Origin: a bacterium
GTDB taxonomy: Bacteria; Zhuqueibacterota; Zhuqueibacteria; Residuimicrobiales; Krinioviventaceae
Length of the DNA stretch: 64,000 bases
Assembly (NCBI GenBank): GCA_963675755.2
Contig: CAXXMD010000003.1
Span: 3,577,765 to 3,641,764, forward strand
Reading direction: 5' to 3'
The translations under genes and the position numbers were made by a program. Positions 1-8,472 of this stretch are shown here, in pieces. The notes beneath the pieces are model-generated. The model had not been told where the DNA came from. It ran no database searches and was given only the letters and a program-made list of their open reading frames with translations. Within the stretch, counting starts at the first letter, position 1; the number at the start of each line of letters is the position of its first letter.

Positions 1-966
1 TGCCTGTGCCCACAAGGGTGCAATGCGAATAAACCGTTTTGATATGATGTTTTCTGCAACGGTCAGATGTACCAGTGAAGCCGGCAGAGCATTCGACAGG
101 GGAGTAACTTTTAGCGGTGCATGACCGGGTGACGTAACCGTGATCAGCACCAGCTTGTCCTTAACATCCAGCGAGTCAGGATTTTCCTGATACTGCTGCA
201 ATAGATCCACAAAGCTGATGGCGTTAAGGTTTTCAATACTGCCAAAATGATCGGGACGAAATTCTCCCGATGGCCCGATTGGAATGCGGATTACTTTTCC
301 CGAATCCGATTTGAATTCAATGTATTTCTGTTTCAGTAAAAAGTTGTTTGTGGAAACATTCAAATACAAACGCGCCATTTCGAGTCCAAAGGAATAAACC
401 GGTTTTTTGTTCTGGTATGCAACTAATGGCACTTGACGTGTTTCTGCATCACTGCCCATGTTACTGAATCCTGTGGCCTTGCAATTCTCTTTAAAAATAT
501 CAATGGGATAGCGTGGTTCCTGACCTGTATATGGATGTGAAAAGGGTGCGTTTACAAAGGTGTTTTGTTCAAGATCAGTAAACGCCATGGGCAGGCAAAC
601 CCGGTCGGCGGACTGGATAAAATCCGCAAAGGCCTCGTCAAATTCGGGATAGCGGGTATCATGAGTATCAAAAAGCAGATCAAAGGCAATGACTTTAGCG
701 CCGGCATTCTGCAGGATATGTGTCAGGTAACCGTAATAGTCACGGGTAATGGGCCAACCGTGCAGGGATTCGATATCATTCTGATCTATAAAAACCACCA
801 GCAGATCTTCACTGACCTGGCGATCTCCCCGCAGTTTCATCCATTGAGTAATAGCGGTATCCGTTGAATATTCAGCAAGAGGAGTAAATAACAGAACCAA
901 TCCCATAATAGAAATAGCAATGATAGCTGTTTGAATAAAGTTGTTATTAAGCGATATGATTTTCAT
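1..966 (-). CDS. CHASE2-domain transmembrane sensor protein (N-terminal part; runs off the window)
   Basis: Not in the ORF track; hand translation from ATG at 966 gives MKIISLNNNFIQTAIIAISIMGLVLLF...LLVVFIDQNDIESLHGWPITRDYYG...GAKVIAFDLLFD...DKLVLITVT..., i.e. an N-terminal TM helix plus CHASE2-type motifs (ID..., GWP.R, AKVIAFD.LF). Confidence 0.8.
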   Translation of the reverse strand, partial: MKIISLNNNFIQTAIIAISIMGLVLLFTPLAEYSTDTAITQWMKLRGDRQVSEDLLVVFIDQNDIESLHGWPITRDYYGYLTHILQNAGAKVIAFDLLFDTHDTRYPEFDEAFADFIQSADRVCLPMAFTDLEQNTFVNAPFSHPYTGQEPRYPIDIFKENCKATGFSNMGSDAETRQVPLVAYQNKKPVYSFGLEMARLYLNVSTNNFLLKQKYIEFKSDSGKVIRIPIGPSGEFRPDHFGSIENLNAISFVDLLQQYQENPDSLDVKDKLVLITVTSPGHAPLKVTPLSNALPASLVHLTVAENIISKRFIRIAPLWAQA

Positions 967-1181
967 GAATTGGCCCTGTTTATATATTGAAAAGGGTATA
1001 CGTTACCAATAAATAAACGTTTCAACTAAAAAAGTACGTATAATTGATGATGAAATCAAATATTTTTGATGTTCGCTTTTGCTACGTTATTAATAGTACG
1101 GCAAGAGACTTTTATTGCATCTGGCGTCAGGATTTTCTACATTTGTTAAATCATTTTAATCATTACGAGTTTTATAAAAAT

Positions 1182-2240
1182 ATGGAAAAACGGATGCAGT
1201 CCTTTTGGGACAAACTGGATGTGGGTATTGGAAAAGAAGTAGCAATAAGCAGAGTTTTACGGACATTAACCTGGAAGCGGTTGTGGAACGCACTCAAGAT
1301 AGTAACCTCGTTTTTGCTCTCTGCTATACTGAAAAAGAACATTGTTTGGGGTGTACCGCCAATTGTCAATATTGAACCGACCAATATATGTAATTTAAAG
1401 TGCCCCTTGTGCGTTACCGGATGTGGAGACATGGAGCGTCCCCGCGGTATGATGGATTTTGAAACGTTTCGCAAGGTTGTGGATGAGGTGGCGGACAAGA
1501 TCATGTATATAACCCTCTATTCACAGGGTGAACCGTATTTGAACAAAGAGTTTAACCGGTTTGTGCGATATGCAAAAGACCGGGGGGTATATGTCAATAC
1601 CAGTACCAACGCACATTATTTTGATAAACAAATGGCTGTTTCGACTGTGATGAGCGGACTGGACAGTATGATTATCTCGCTTGACGGTGCAACACAAGAG
1701 AGTTACGCGCATTACCGTCGTAATGGAGACCTGGAGACAGTCAAACAGGGAATCCGCAATTTGGTTGATGCAAAAAAGCGGTTAAAGAGCAAAACGCCGT
1801 ACCTGTTTGCACAGTTTTTGGTGATGAAACATAACGAACATGAAATTGACGAGATGAAAAAACTGGCAAAAGAGTTGGAGGTGGACCGGCTCCTCATTAA
1901 AACCACGCAGGTGATGACACTGGAAGAAGCGCGTGAATGGTTGCCGGAAAATGATAAATATCGTCGTTACGATGTTACCGAAGAGGGATTCAGCGTCAAG
2001 AAGGGCAAAGGCGCTTGTCCCAGACCGTGGCTGACCACGCTGGTGGACTGGGATGGCCTGGTGGTGCCGTGCTGTTTTGACAAGAACGGTGACCACGCTA
2101 CCGGTATGATTGGGGAACAGGGGATAGTAGAGATCTGGGGTAATGGCAAGTACCGGGGATTCCGCACACGGCTGCTGCGCAATCGTGACTCGATCGAGAT
2201 GTGCCGCAACTGTAATTTTGGTATCGGGATTTTTAAATAA
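1182..2240 (+). CDS. Radical SAM protein with C-terminal SPASM/twitch domain
   Basis: CxxxCxxC (CNLKCPLC), QGEP, STNA, ISLDG; C-terminal CPRPW...DGLVVPCC...CRNC. Start moved from 1044 to the in-frame ATG at 1182 (1194 also possible). Confidence 0.9.
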   Translation: MEKRMQSFWDKLDVGIGKEVAISRVLRTLTWKRLWNALKIVTSFLLSAILKKNIVWGVPPIVNIEPTNICNLKCPLCVTGCGDMERPRGMMDFETFRKVVDEVADKIMYITLYSQGEPYLNKEFNRFVRYAKDRGVYVNTSTNAHYFDKQMAVSTVMSGLDSMIISLDGATQESYAHYRRNGDLETVKQGIRNLVDAKKRLKSKTPYLFAQFLVMKHNEHEIDEMKKLAKELEVDRLLIKTTQVMTLEEAREWLPENDKYRRYDVTEEGFSVKKGKGACPRPWLTTLVDWDGLVVPCCFDKNGDHATGMIGEQGIVEIWGNGKYRGFRTRLLRNRDSIEMCRNCNFGIGIFK

Positions 2241-2248
2241 TATAATAG

Positions 2249-2362
2249 AACACGGATAACACGGATTTACACTTTTAGATATTGTTAATTATTGTAGGGA
2301 ACGGTCTCTGACCGTTCCCTACATATTTAATTAACCACAGATTCACACGGATAAACACAGAT
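2249..2362. repeat. Short-period CAC(A/G)GAT repeats (AACACGGATAACACGGATTTACAC 2249-2272; AACCACAGATTCACACGGATAAACACAGAT 2333-2362)
   Basis: Tandem 9-10-nt units read directly; a related copy lies at 45038-45055. Confidence 0.75.
2293..2323. repeat. GTAG-type REP palindrome TGTAGGGAACGGTC-TCT-GACCGTTCCCTACA
   Basis: Perfect 14-bp inverted repeat starting with GTAG; a second copy is at 8372-8402. Confidence 0.85.
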
Positions 2363-2447
2363 AAAAAAATACACTGCTATGAAATATTTGCATAGCCCGT
2401 TTATTGATTTACTGTACAAGTTCAATAATAACAATGTATTGTCATGC

Positions 2448-2463
2448 TGGCACGTAATTTGAA
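2448..2463 (+). promoter_or_regulatory. Putative sigma54 (-24/-12) promoter of the paralog array
   Basis: TGGCACG-TAAT-TTGAA versus consensus TGGCACG-N4-TTGCW (one mismatch at -12), 43 nt upstream of ATG 2507. Confidence 0.5.
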
Positions 2464-2506
2464 TGAAAGTTACCATACCTAAGGGATAAATTAATTAGAG
2501 GAAAAA

Positions 2507-4510
2507 ATGAAAACACGTATGCTCGTTCTTGTTGTACTGATTTTAGCAGTTACACTTTTTAGCCAGGGAATACCTTACAATCAGGAATTTCAGGTGAATA
2601 CTAGCACCTATGGTTCACAAAAAAATCCAAAAATAGCAGTTCTTTCAAACGGGAATTTTGTTATTTGTTGGGAACAGAACGGCTCTGAATATGGTGTCTA
2701 TGCACAAATGTTTAATTCAAGCGGTAACAAGGTAGGTGATGAATTTCAAGTATACACAAATACAAATGGTAATTATCTTAATCCTGATATCGTACCACTT
2801 TCTAATGGGGGATTTGTGATATGTAGTGAATGTGAAAGTCAGGACGGTTCAGGTTATGATATTTATGTGCAATTATTTAAATTTGATGGTAGTAAAACCG
2901 GTGATGAATTTCAAGTTAATACCAATACAAATTATTCCCGGGGTACAAAAAACATTGAGCAACTATCAGACAAAATCTTTGTGATATGCTGGGAATGTGA
3001 AAGTCAAGACGGATCACGTTTTAGTGTTTATGCAAAATTAATAAATATAGATGGTAATAAAACCGGAGATGAATTTCGAGTCACCAACTATGCAAATAGT
3101 TACAAAGGTGGATGTGATATTGCTGCTCTTTCAGACAGCAGTTTTGTGATATGCTGTGAAAGTTACGAAGAAGATATATCAGATTATAGTATTTATGTAC
3201 AAATATATAATACAGACGGTAGTAATGTCGATGATGAATTTCAAGTTAATGCCTATACAACAGGTAATCAACTTTATCCAGAAATATTATTACTGTCTAA
3301 TGGTAGCTTTGTGATATGCTGGTCAAGCAATGATTGGTATGGGGCAGGTTCAGAGATTTATGCACAATTATTTACTTCAAATGGTAATAAGGTTGGTACT
3401 GAATTTCAGGTGAATACTTGTACAGATAATAATAAATTAGGTCCAGATTTAGTATCATTATCAAACGGAGGTTTTGTTATATGTTGGTCAAGTATCGGAC
3501 AGGATGGTTCAGGTCATGGGATTTATGCACAATTATTCTCTTCAAACGGAAGTAAGGTCGGTGATGAATTTCAGGTCAACACCACTACATATGGTAATCA
3601 AATTAACACTGATATAGTATCACTGTCTGATGGTGGCTTTGTGATATGCTGGGTAAGTTACACACCGCATGCATCAAATGAAGATGTTTATGCACAATTA
3701 TTTACTTCAAATGGTAATAAGGTTGGTACTGAATTTAGAGTAAACACCTATACAGATGGTAGACAATATCGGCCTGATATTGTAGCACTTGAAGATAGAA
3801 AATTTGCAATTTGCTGGAATAGTTGGGGAAAAGGGCAAGATGGCTCATTGGAAGGGATATATGCCAAATATTATTTAACTGAACCTATTATTCATTATTT
3901 ATGTGAATATGAAACGCTTAATCCCGAAAACGCTGAAACCTTGCAATCTATTTATACAACCTTTGTTTGGCAACAACCAAGCGATATTCGCATCTGCTAC
4001 CCCTGGGAGATTGAGTACGATCTGTATCTGTCAACGGATCAGGAATTTTCTAATCCGCTAATATACAATGGTATTCAGGATACCACGTACATCCTCCCCA
4101 CAACCGATTCTCTGCAAGCTGGACAAACTTACTTTTGGAAAGTGCTGGCGAAAAATATAGCGGGGGACAGCCTGTGGAGCTCGAACACCAATGCCTTTTT
4201 CGTCAGTCATACTGCGACTGAAGTGGAGGAAGAAGCGCAGCTTCCTACGGGATTTGCATTGGAGCAGAATTATCCCAATCCCTTTAATCCCGAAACCACG
4301 GTGCGGTACAGCCTGCCGAAAGCGGGAGTTGTGGAACTGAAATTGTACGACATCACGGGCCGTGAGGTGATGTCGCTGGTGAATAATTGGCAATCCGCGG
4401 GGACGCATTCGATTAAAGTCGATGGACGCAATCTGGCGAGCGGGGTGTATGTGTATACGCTGACTGCGGGGGGGTATCGCGAGAGTAAAAAGATGGCGCT
4501 GGTACGATAA
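2507..4510 (+). CDS. Secreted repeat (beta-propeller-like) protein with Fn3-like and T9SS/FlgD-type C-terminal sorting domain, paralog 1
   Basis: Signal peptide; 8 repeats of about 55 aa (EFQVNT...GGFVICW...DGS..IYAQLF); GQTYFWKVLA Fn3-like motif; QNYPNPFNPETT...LASGVYVY...KKMALVR. RBS GAGG. Confidence 0.9.
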   Translation: MKTRMLVLVVLILAVTLFSQGIPYNQEFQVNTSTYGSQKNPKIAVLSNGNFVICWEQNGSEYGVYAQMFNSSGNKVGDEFQVYTNTNGNYLNPDIVPLSNGGFVICSECESQDGSGYDIYVQLFKFDGSKTGDEFQVNTNTNYSRGTKNIEQLSDKIFVICWECESQDGSRFSVYAKLINIDGNKTGDEFRVTNYANSYKGGCDIAALSDSSFVICCESYEEDISDYSIYVQIYNTDGSNVDDEFQVNAYTTGNQLYPEILLLSNGSFVICWSSNDWYGAGSEIYAQLFTSNGNKVGTEFQVNTCTDNNKLGPDLVSLSNGGFVICWSSIGQDGSGHGIYAQLFSSNGSKVGDEFQVNTTTYGNQINTDIVSLSDGGFVICWVSYTPHASNEDVYAQLFTSNGNKVGTEFRVNTYTDGRQYRPDIVALEDRKFAICWNSWGKGQDGSLEGIYAKYYLTEPIIHYLCEYETLNPENAETLQSIYTTFVWQQPSDIRICYPWEIEYDLYLSTDQEFSNPLIYNGIQDTTYILPTTDSLQAGQTYFWKVLAKNIAGDSLWSSNTNAFFVSHTATEVEEEAQLPTGFALEQNYPNPFNPETTVRYSLPKAGVVELKLYDITGREVMSLVNNWQSAGTHSIKVDGRNLASGVYVYTLTAGGYRESKKMALVR

Positions 4511-4530
4511 CGATTAATTTGGAGTGAACA

Positions 4531-6369
4531 TTGAAAATATATTTGACCATTCTCGCTATATTGATTTCAACTGCTATGCTTACCGGGCAGGGAATTCCTT
4601 ACAATCAGGAATTTCAGGTGAATACTTATTCAAATAGTACCCAGGAACATCCCGTTATCGCAGCGCTATCTGATGGTGGGTTTGTAATTTGCTGGGATAG
4701 TAGGATGCAAGATGGTTCAAAAGATGGCGTATTTGCCCAACTTTATGATGCGGAATGTAATAAAGTTGATCAGGAATTTCAGGTAAATACCTATACAATT
4801 GACTATCAGGGCGTTCCAAGTATTGCTACACTTTCGAATGGTGGTTTTGCTATTAGCTGGGCAAGTCATGAACAGGATGGTTGGGGAAATGGTGTTTACG
4901 CACAATTGTTTAATCCGGCAGGACATAAAGTTGGAAAAGAATTTCAAGTAAATACATACACATATGATAACCAGGGGAATCCTTCTATTTCATCCCTTTC
5001 AGACGGGCAATTTGCGGTTTGCTGGGAAAGTAAAGACCAAGATGCATGGGGGTATGGTATTTTCGCACAATTGTTTCAACCAGACGGCAGCAAAATAGGT
5101 GAAGAATTTCAAGTTAATACCAATTATGATGGTATCCAGTGGCGTCCAGCTATAGATGGATTTTCAGACGGTAATTTTGTAGTTTGCTGGGAAAGTCCTG
5201 ATGAAGTTGGAAGGAGTGATATACAGGCACAATTGTTTAATGTAGACGGCAGTAAAAATGGTGCTGAATTTAAGGTGAACAGTTATACAAATGATTCCCA
5301 ACATAACCCAACTATAAAGACACTCTCTGATTGTGGCTTTGTGATATGTTGGAATAGTTTAGAACAGGACGGATCAATGTTAGGTGTTTACGCACAAATA
5401 TTTAATCCGGACGGTAGTAAAGCAGGTGACGAATTTCAGGTAAACAGCTATACGATTCATCACCAGTTTAAACCCTGTATTACACAACTAACAAATGGGA
5501 GTTTTGTAATTTGTTGGAATAGTTTTAATCAGGATGGATCAGCTTATGGTGTTTACGGACAATTATTTAATCCAGATGGTAGCAAGATAGGTGAAGAGTT
5601 TCAGATAAACAATTATACAAATAATGACCAGATGAATCCAAATATAACCACACTTTCAGGTGGGGGATTTGTAATTTGCTGGGAAAGTCAGGGACAGGAT
5701 GGTTCAGGAGCTGGAGTTTACGCAACATATTTTCTATCAGAACCTATCATTCATGAATTACATATATACGAAATTCTTAATCCTGCAAATGATAATACTT
5801 TTGACAGTAAACGCCCCACCTTTACATGGCAATCCCCCAGCGACGTCCGCATTTGCTACCCATGGGAAATCGAATATAATCTATATCTGTCAACGGATCA
5901 GGAATTTTCCAATCCGCTAATATACAATGGTATTCAGGATACCACCTACACCTTCCCCAAATCCGATTCACTGGATGCGGGGCAAACGTATTTCTGGAAA
6001 GTTCTTGCGAAAAATATAGCGGGTGACAGCCTGTGGAGCTCGAATACCAATGCCTTTTTCGTCAGTCATACTGCGACTGAAGTGGAGGAGGAAGCACAGC
6101 TTCCAACGGGATTTGAATTGGAGCAGAACTATCCCAACCCTTTTAATCCCGAGACCACGGTGCGGTACAGCCTGCCGCAGGCGGGAGTAGTGGAGCTGAA
6201 ACTGTACGATATTACCGGGCGCGAGGTGATGTCTCTGGTGAATGAGTGGCAATCCGCGGGAGCTCACTCGGTTAAAGTGGACGGCCGCAACCTGGCAAGC
6301 GGGGTGTATGTGTATACGCTGACTGCGGGTGATTATCGGGTGAGTAAAAAGATGGCGTTGGTACGTTAA
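4531..6369 (+). CDS. Secreted beta-propeller-like repeat protein with T9SS/FlgD-type CTD, paralog 2
   Basis: TTG start after GGAG RBS; 7 repeats; C-terminal ~150 aa nearly identical to paralog 1. Confidence 0.9.
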   Translation: MKIYLTILAILISTAMLTGQGIPYNQEFQVNTYSNSTQEHPVIAALSDGGFVICWDSRMQDGSKDGVFAQLYDAECNKVDQEFQVNTYTIDYQGVPSIATLSNGGFAISWASHEQDGWGNGVYAQLFNPAGHKVGKEFQVNTYTYDNQGNPSISSLSDGQFAVCWESKDQDAWGYGIFAQLFQPDGSKIGEEFQVNTNYDGIQWRPAIDGFSDGNFVVCWESPDEVGRSDIQAQLFNVDGSKNGAEFKVNSYTNDSQHNPTIKTLSDCGFVICWNSLEQDGSMLGVYAQIFNPDGSKAGDEFQVNSYTIHHQFKPCITQLTNGSFVICWNSFNQDGSAYGVYGQLFNPDGSKIGEEFQINNYTNNDQMNPNITTLSGGGFVICWESQGQDGSGAGVYATYFLSEPIIHELHIYEILNPANDNTFDSKRPTFTWQSPSDVRICYPWEIEYNLYLSTDQEFSNPLIYNGIQDTTYTFPKSDSLDAGQTYFWKVLAKNIAGDSLWSSNTNAFFVSHTATEVEEEAQLPTGFELEQNYPNPFNPETTVRYSLPQAGVVELKLYDITGREVMSLVNEWQSAGAHSVKVDGRNLASGVYVYTLTAGDYRVSKKMALVR

Positions 6370-6389
6370 CGATTAATTTGGAGTGAACA

Positions 6390-8240
6390 CTGAAAACACG
6401 TTTGACCATTCTCGCTATATTAATTTCAACTGCTATGCTAACCGGGCAGGGAATTCCTTACAATCAGGAATTTCAGGTGAACACTTTGGAAAGTTCATTT
6501 GGTAGAATACCTAAACCCAAAATCATCCCTCTTTCAAATGGAGATTTTATTATATGTTGGGATATCAAAAATGAAATATATGCTCAGTATTTTAACATTC
6601 AAAGCGGTAGCGTTGGTGATGAATTTAAATTAATTGAATTTTCTGAGCGAGTTTATTTTTCAATTGATTCTAACAAAAGTGATGAATTGTTTTTATGCTG
6701 GTGGATTGAAGGTGGAGGAATTTATTATCAAAGATTTAAAACCAATGGACAAAAACTGAGTGAAAAAATTCAAATTAATTCGGGAAACAGTATTTCAACG
6801 GATAGATTTAATGATGGAAAGATTACTTTTCTAACAAATAATCGAGTGTTTATAAATTGGGGGCGTGAAGATAGTTTATATATCAATAAGGGATATCAAT
6901 TGGTTGGGAAAATAATAGATATTCAAGGTAATAATATTAGTAGTGAAATCCTGATCAATGAAAGTGATTTTGAATTTCAGTATTATGGGGATGTTGTTTC
7001 ATTGAATGATAGTTTATTCATTACATGTTGGCAAAGTTATGATTATGAAAATCAAAATTGGAATGTTTTTGCTCAAATATTCGATAATGACGGGAATAAA
7101 ATAGGGAGTAAAATTCAAATTAATTCAAGTATAAATTCCCATCATGTCAATGGTCATATTGCAAAAATTACTAATGATACTTTTATTGTTGTTTGGATGA
7201 ATTACGAGAATAAAAATGGTGATAATATTACTGTTTTGGGGAGACGGTTTGATTTTAACGGTGAACCTTTAGGAGATGAATTTAAAATAAATACTTTGGA
7301 TATCAATGGAGATTCTTTCTATTCACGAATAGCTTCAAATAGTAATGGTAATAATATTGTATTCTGGTATAGTGATGTTGACACTTATCATTTTGGTGAA
7401 GAGACTATATTTGCACAGTACTTTAATAAAAATGCAGAAAAAATTGGACCTGAATTTATTGTACATTATGGTGGTGAATATAATAATTTAGAACCTAATT
7501 ACGGATGTCGAAATCCTGAAATGGCTTCACTTGATGATTTTGGATTTGTTTTTAGTTATTCAACTTTTAAACCTAGAGTCGGATTAGCTGTTTATGCAAA
7601 ATACTATTTAGCTGATCCCATCTTGCATGATTTGCAGGAATTTGAAATTCATTCACCTGTTAACGATAGAACCCTGATATGCACTCGCCCTACATTCACC
7701 TGGCAAAAGCCTAGCGATATACGAGTCAACTTCCCATATGAGATCGAGTATTATCTGTATCTTGACACAAGTAATGAATTTGATAATCCGCTCATATATC
7801 CGGGGATTCAGGATACCACTTTTTTCCTGGAAAATGATTCCTTGCAATCGGGACAAACTTACTTTTGGAAAGTCCTTGCGAAAAATATCGCGGGTGACAG
7901 CCTGTGGAGCTCGAGCACCAACGCTTTTTTCGTCAGTCATACTGCAACTGAAGTGGAGGTGGAAGCACAGCTCCCAACAGGATTTGCACTGGAGCAGAAT
8001 TATCCCAATCCCTTTAATCCCGAAACCACCGTGCGGTACAACCTGCCGAAAACGGGAGCCGTAGAGCTGAAACTGTACGACATCACGGGCCGTGAGGTGA
8101 TGTCGCTGGTAAATGAGTGGCAATCCGCGGGATCGCACTCGATTAAAGTCGATGGACGCAACCTGGCGAGCGGAGTGTATGTGTATACGCTGACTGCGGG
8201 GGATTATCGCGAGAGTAAAAAGATGGCGCTGGTGAGGTAG
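6390..8240 (+). CDS. Secreted beta-propeller-like repeat protein with T9SS/FlgD-type CTD, paralog 3 (probable CTG start)
   Basis: Upstream region is a near copy of that of paralog 2 (GGAGTGAACA-CTG AAA ACA CGT TTG ACC); CTG 6390 aligns with TTG 4531 and is in frame with ORF 6402..8240; 7 diverged repeats; conserved CTD. Confidence 0.85.
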   Translation: MKTRLTILAILISTAMLTGQGIPYNQEFQVNTLESSFGRIPKPKIIPLSNGDFIICWDIKNEIYAQYFNIQSGSVGDEFKLIEFSERVYFSIDSNKSDELFLCWWIEGGGIYYQRFKTNGQKLSEKIQINSGNSISTDRFNDGKITFLTNNRVFINWGREDSLYINKGYQLVGKIIDIQGNNISSEILINESDFEFQYYGDVVSLNDSLFITCWQSYDYENQNWNVFAQIFDNDGNKIGSKIQINSSINSHHVNGHIAKITNDTFIVVWMNYENKNGDNITVLGRRFDFNGEPLGDEFKINTLDINGDSFYSRIASNSNGNNIVFWYSDVDTYHFGEETIFAQYFNKNAEKIGPEFIVHYGGEYNNLEPNYGCRNPEMASLDDFGFVFSYSTFKPRVGLAVYAKYYLADPILHDLQEFEIHSPVNDRTLICTRPTFTWQKPSDIRVNFPYEIEYYLYLDTSNEFDNPLIYPGIQDTTFFLENDSLQSGQTYFWKVLAKNIAGDSLWSSSTNAFFVSHTATEVEVEAQLPTGFALEQNYPNPFNPETTVRYNLPKTGAVELKLYDITGREVMSLVNEWQSAGSHSIKVDGRNLASGVYVYTLTAGDYRESKKMALVR

Positions 8241-8261
8241 GTTTTTGTAGAAAAGCAGGAG

Positions 8262-8442
8262 CCGGTTGCAGAGTGCGAGTCCGTAAAACGGACGAGCGTA
8301 TCGAAGCACCGGTATTTTAAAATTAAAGAATGGATTAATTCAAAAAAATAAATTTTTGTGTTTAATAGAGTTGTAGAGAACGGTCTCAGACCGATCCCTA
8401 CATTGTAATTTTTGCGTTCCCAAACAGGAGTTTGGGAACGAG
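8262..8442. repeat. Cluster of three REP-like palindromes
   Basis: CCGGTTGCAGAG..GTCCGTAAAACGGAC..GTATCGAAGCACCGG (8262-8312); GTAG REP (8372-8402); CGTTCCCAAAC-AGGA-GTTTGGGAACG (8415-8440). Lies between convergent genes. Confidence 0.8.
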
Positions 8443-8472
8443 TAAGGGTGTAATATCCATTGACCGGAAATG

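Noticed and set aside
565-867. 100-aa + strand ORF and the many other short antisense or overlapping ORFs in the track (e.g. 7653-8309, 8563-9120, 25587-26303)
   Set aside because: They are shadows of well-supported genes on the opposite strand or frame, with no recognisable motifs.
1182-2240. Anaerobic sulfatase maturase or RiPP maturase role for the radical SAM protein
   Set aside because: Too few SPASM cysteines and no anSME motifs; no precursor peptide or RRE seen nearby.
4020-8240. Diversity-generating retroelement (TR/VR pairs) in the repeated C-terminal blocks
   Set aside because: No reverse transcriptase in the window; the differences between copies look mostly synonymous and not adenine-specific; all copies are coding.
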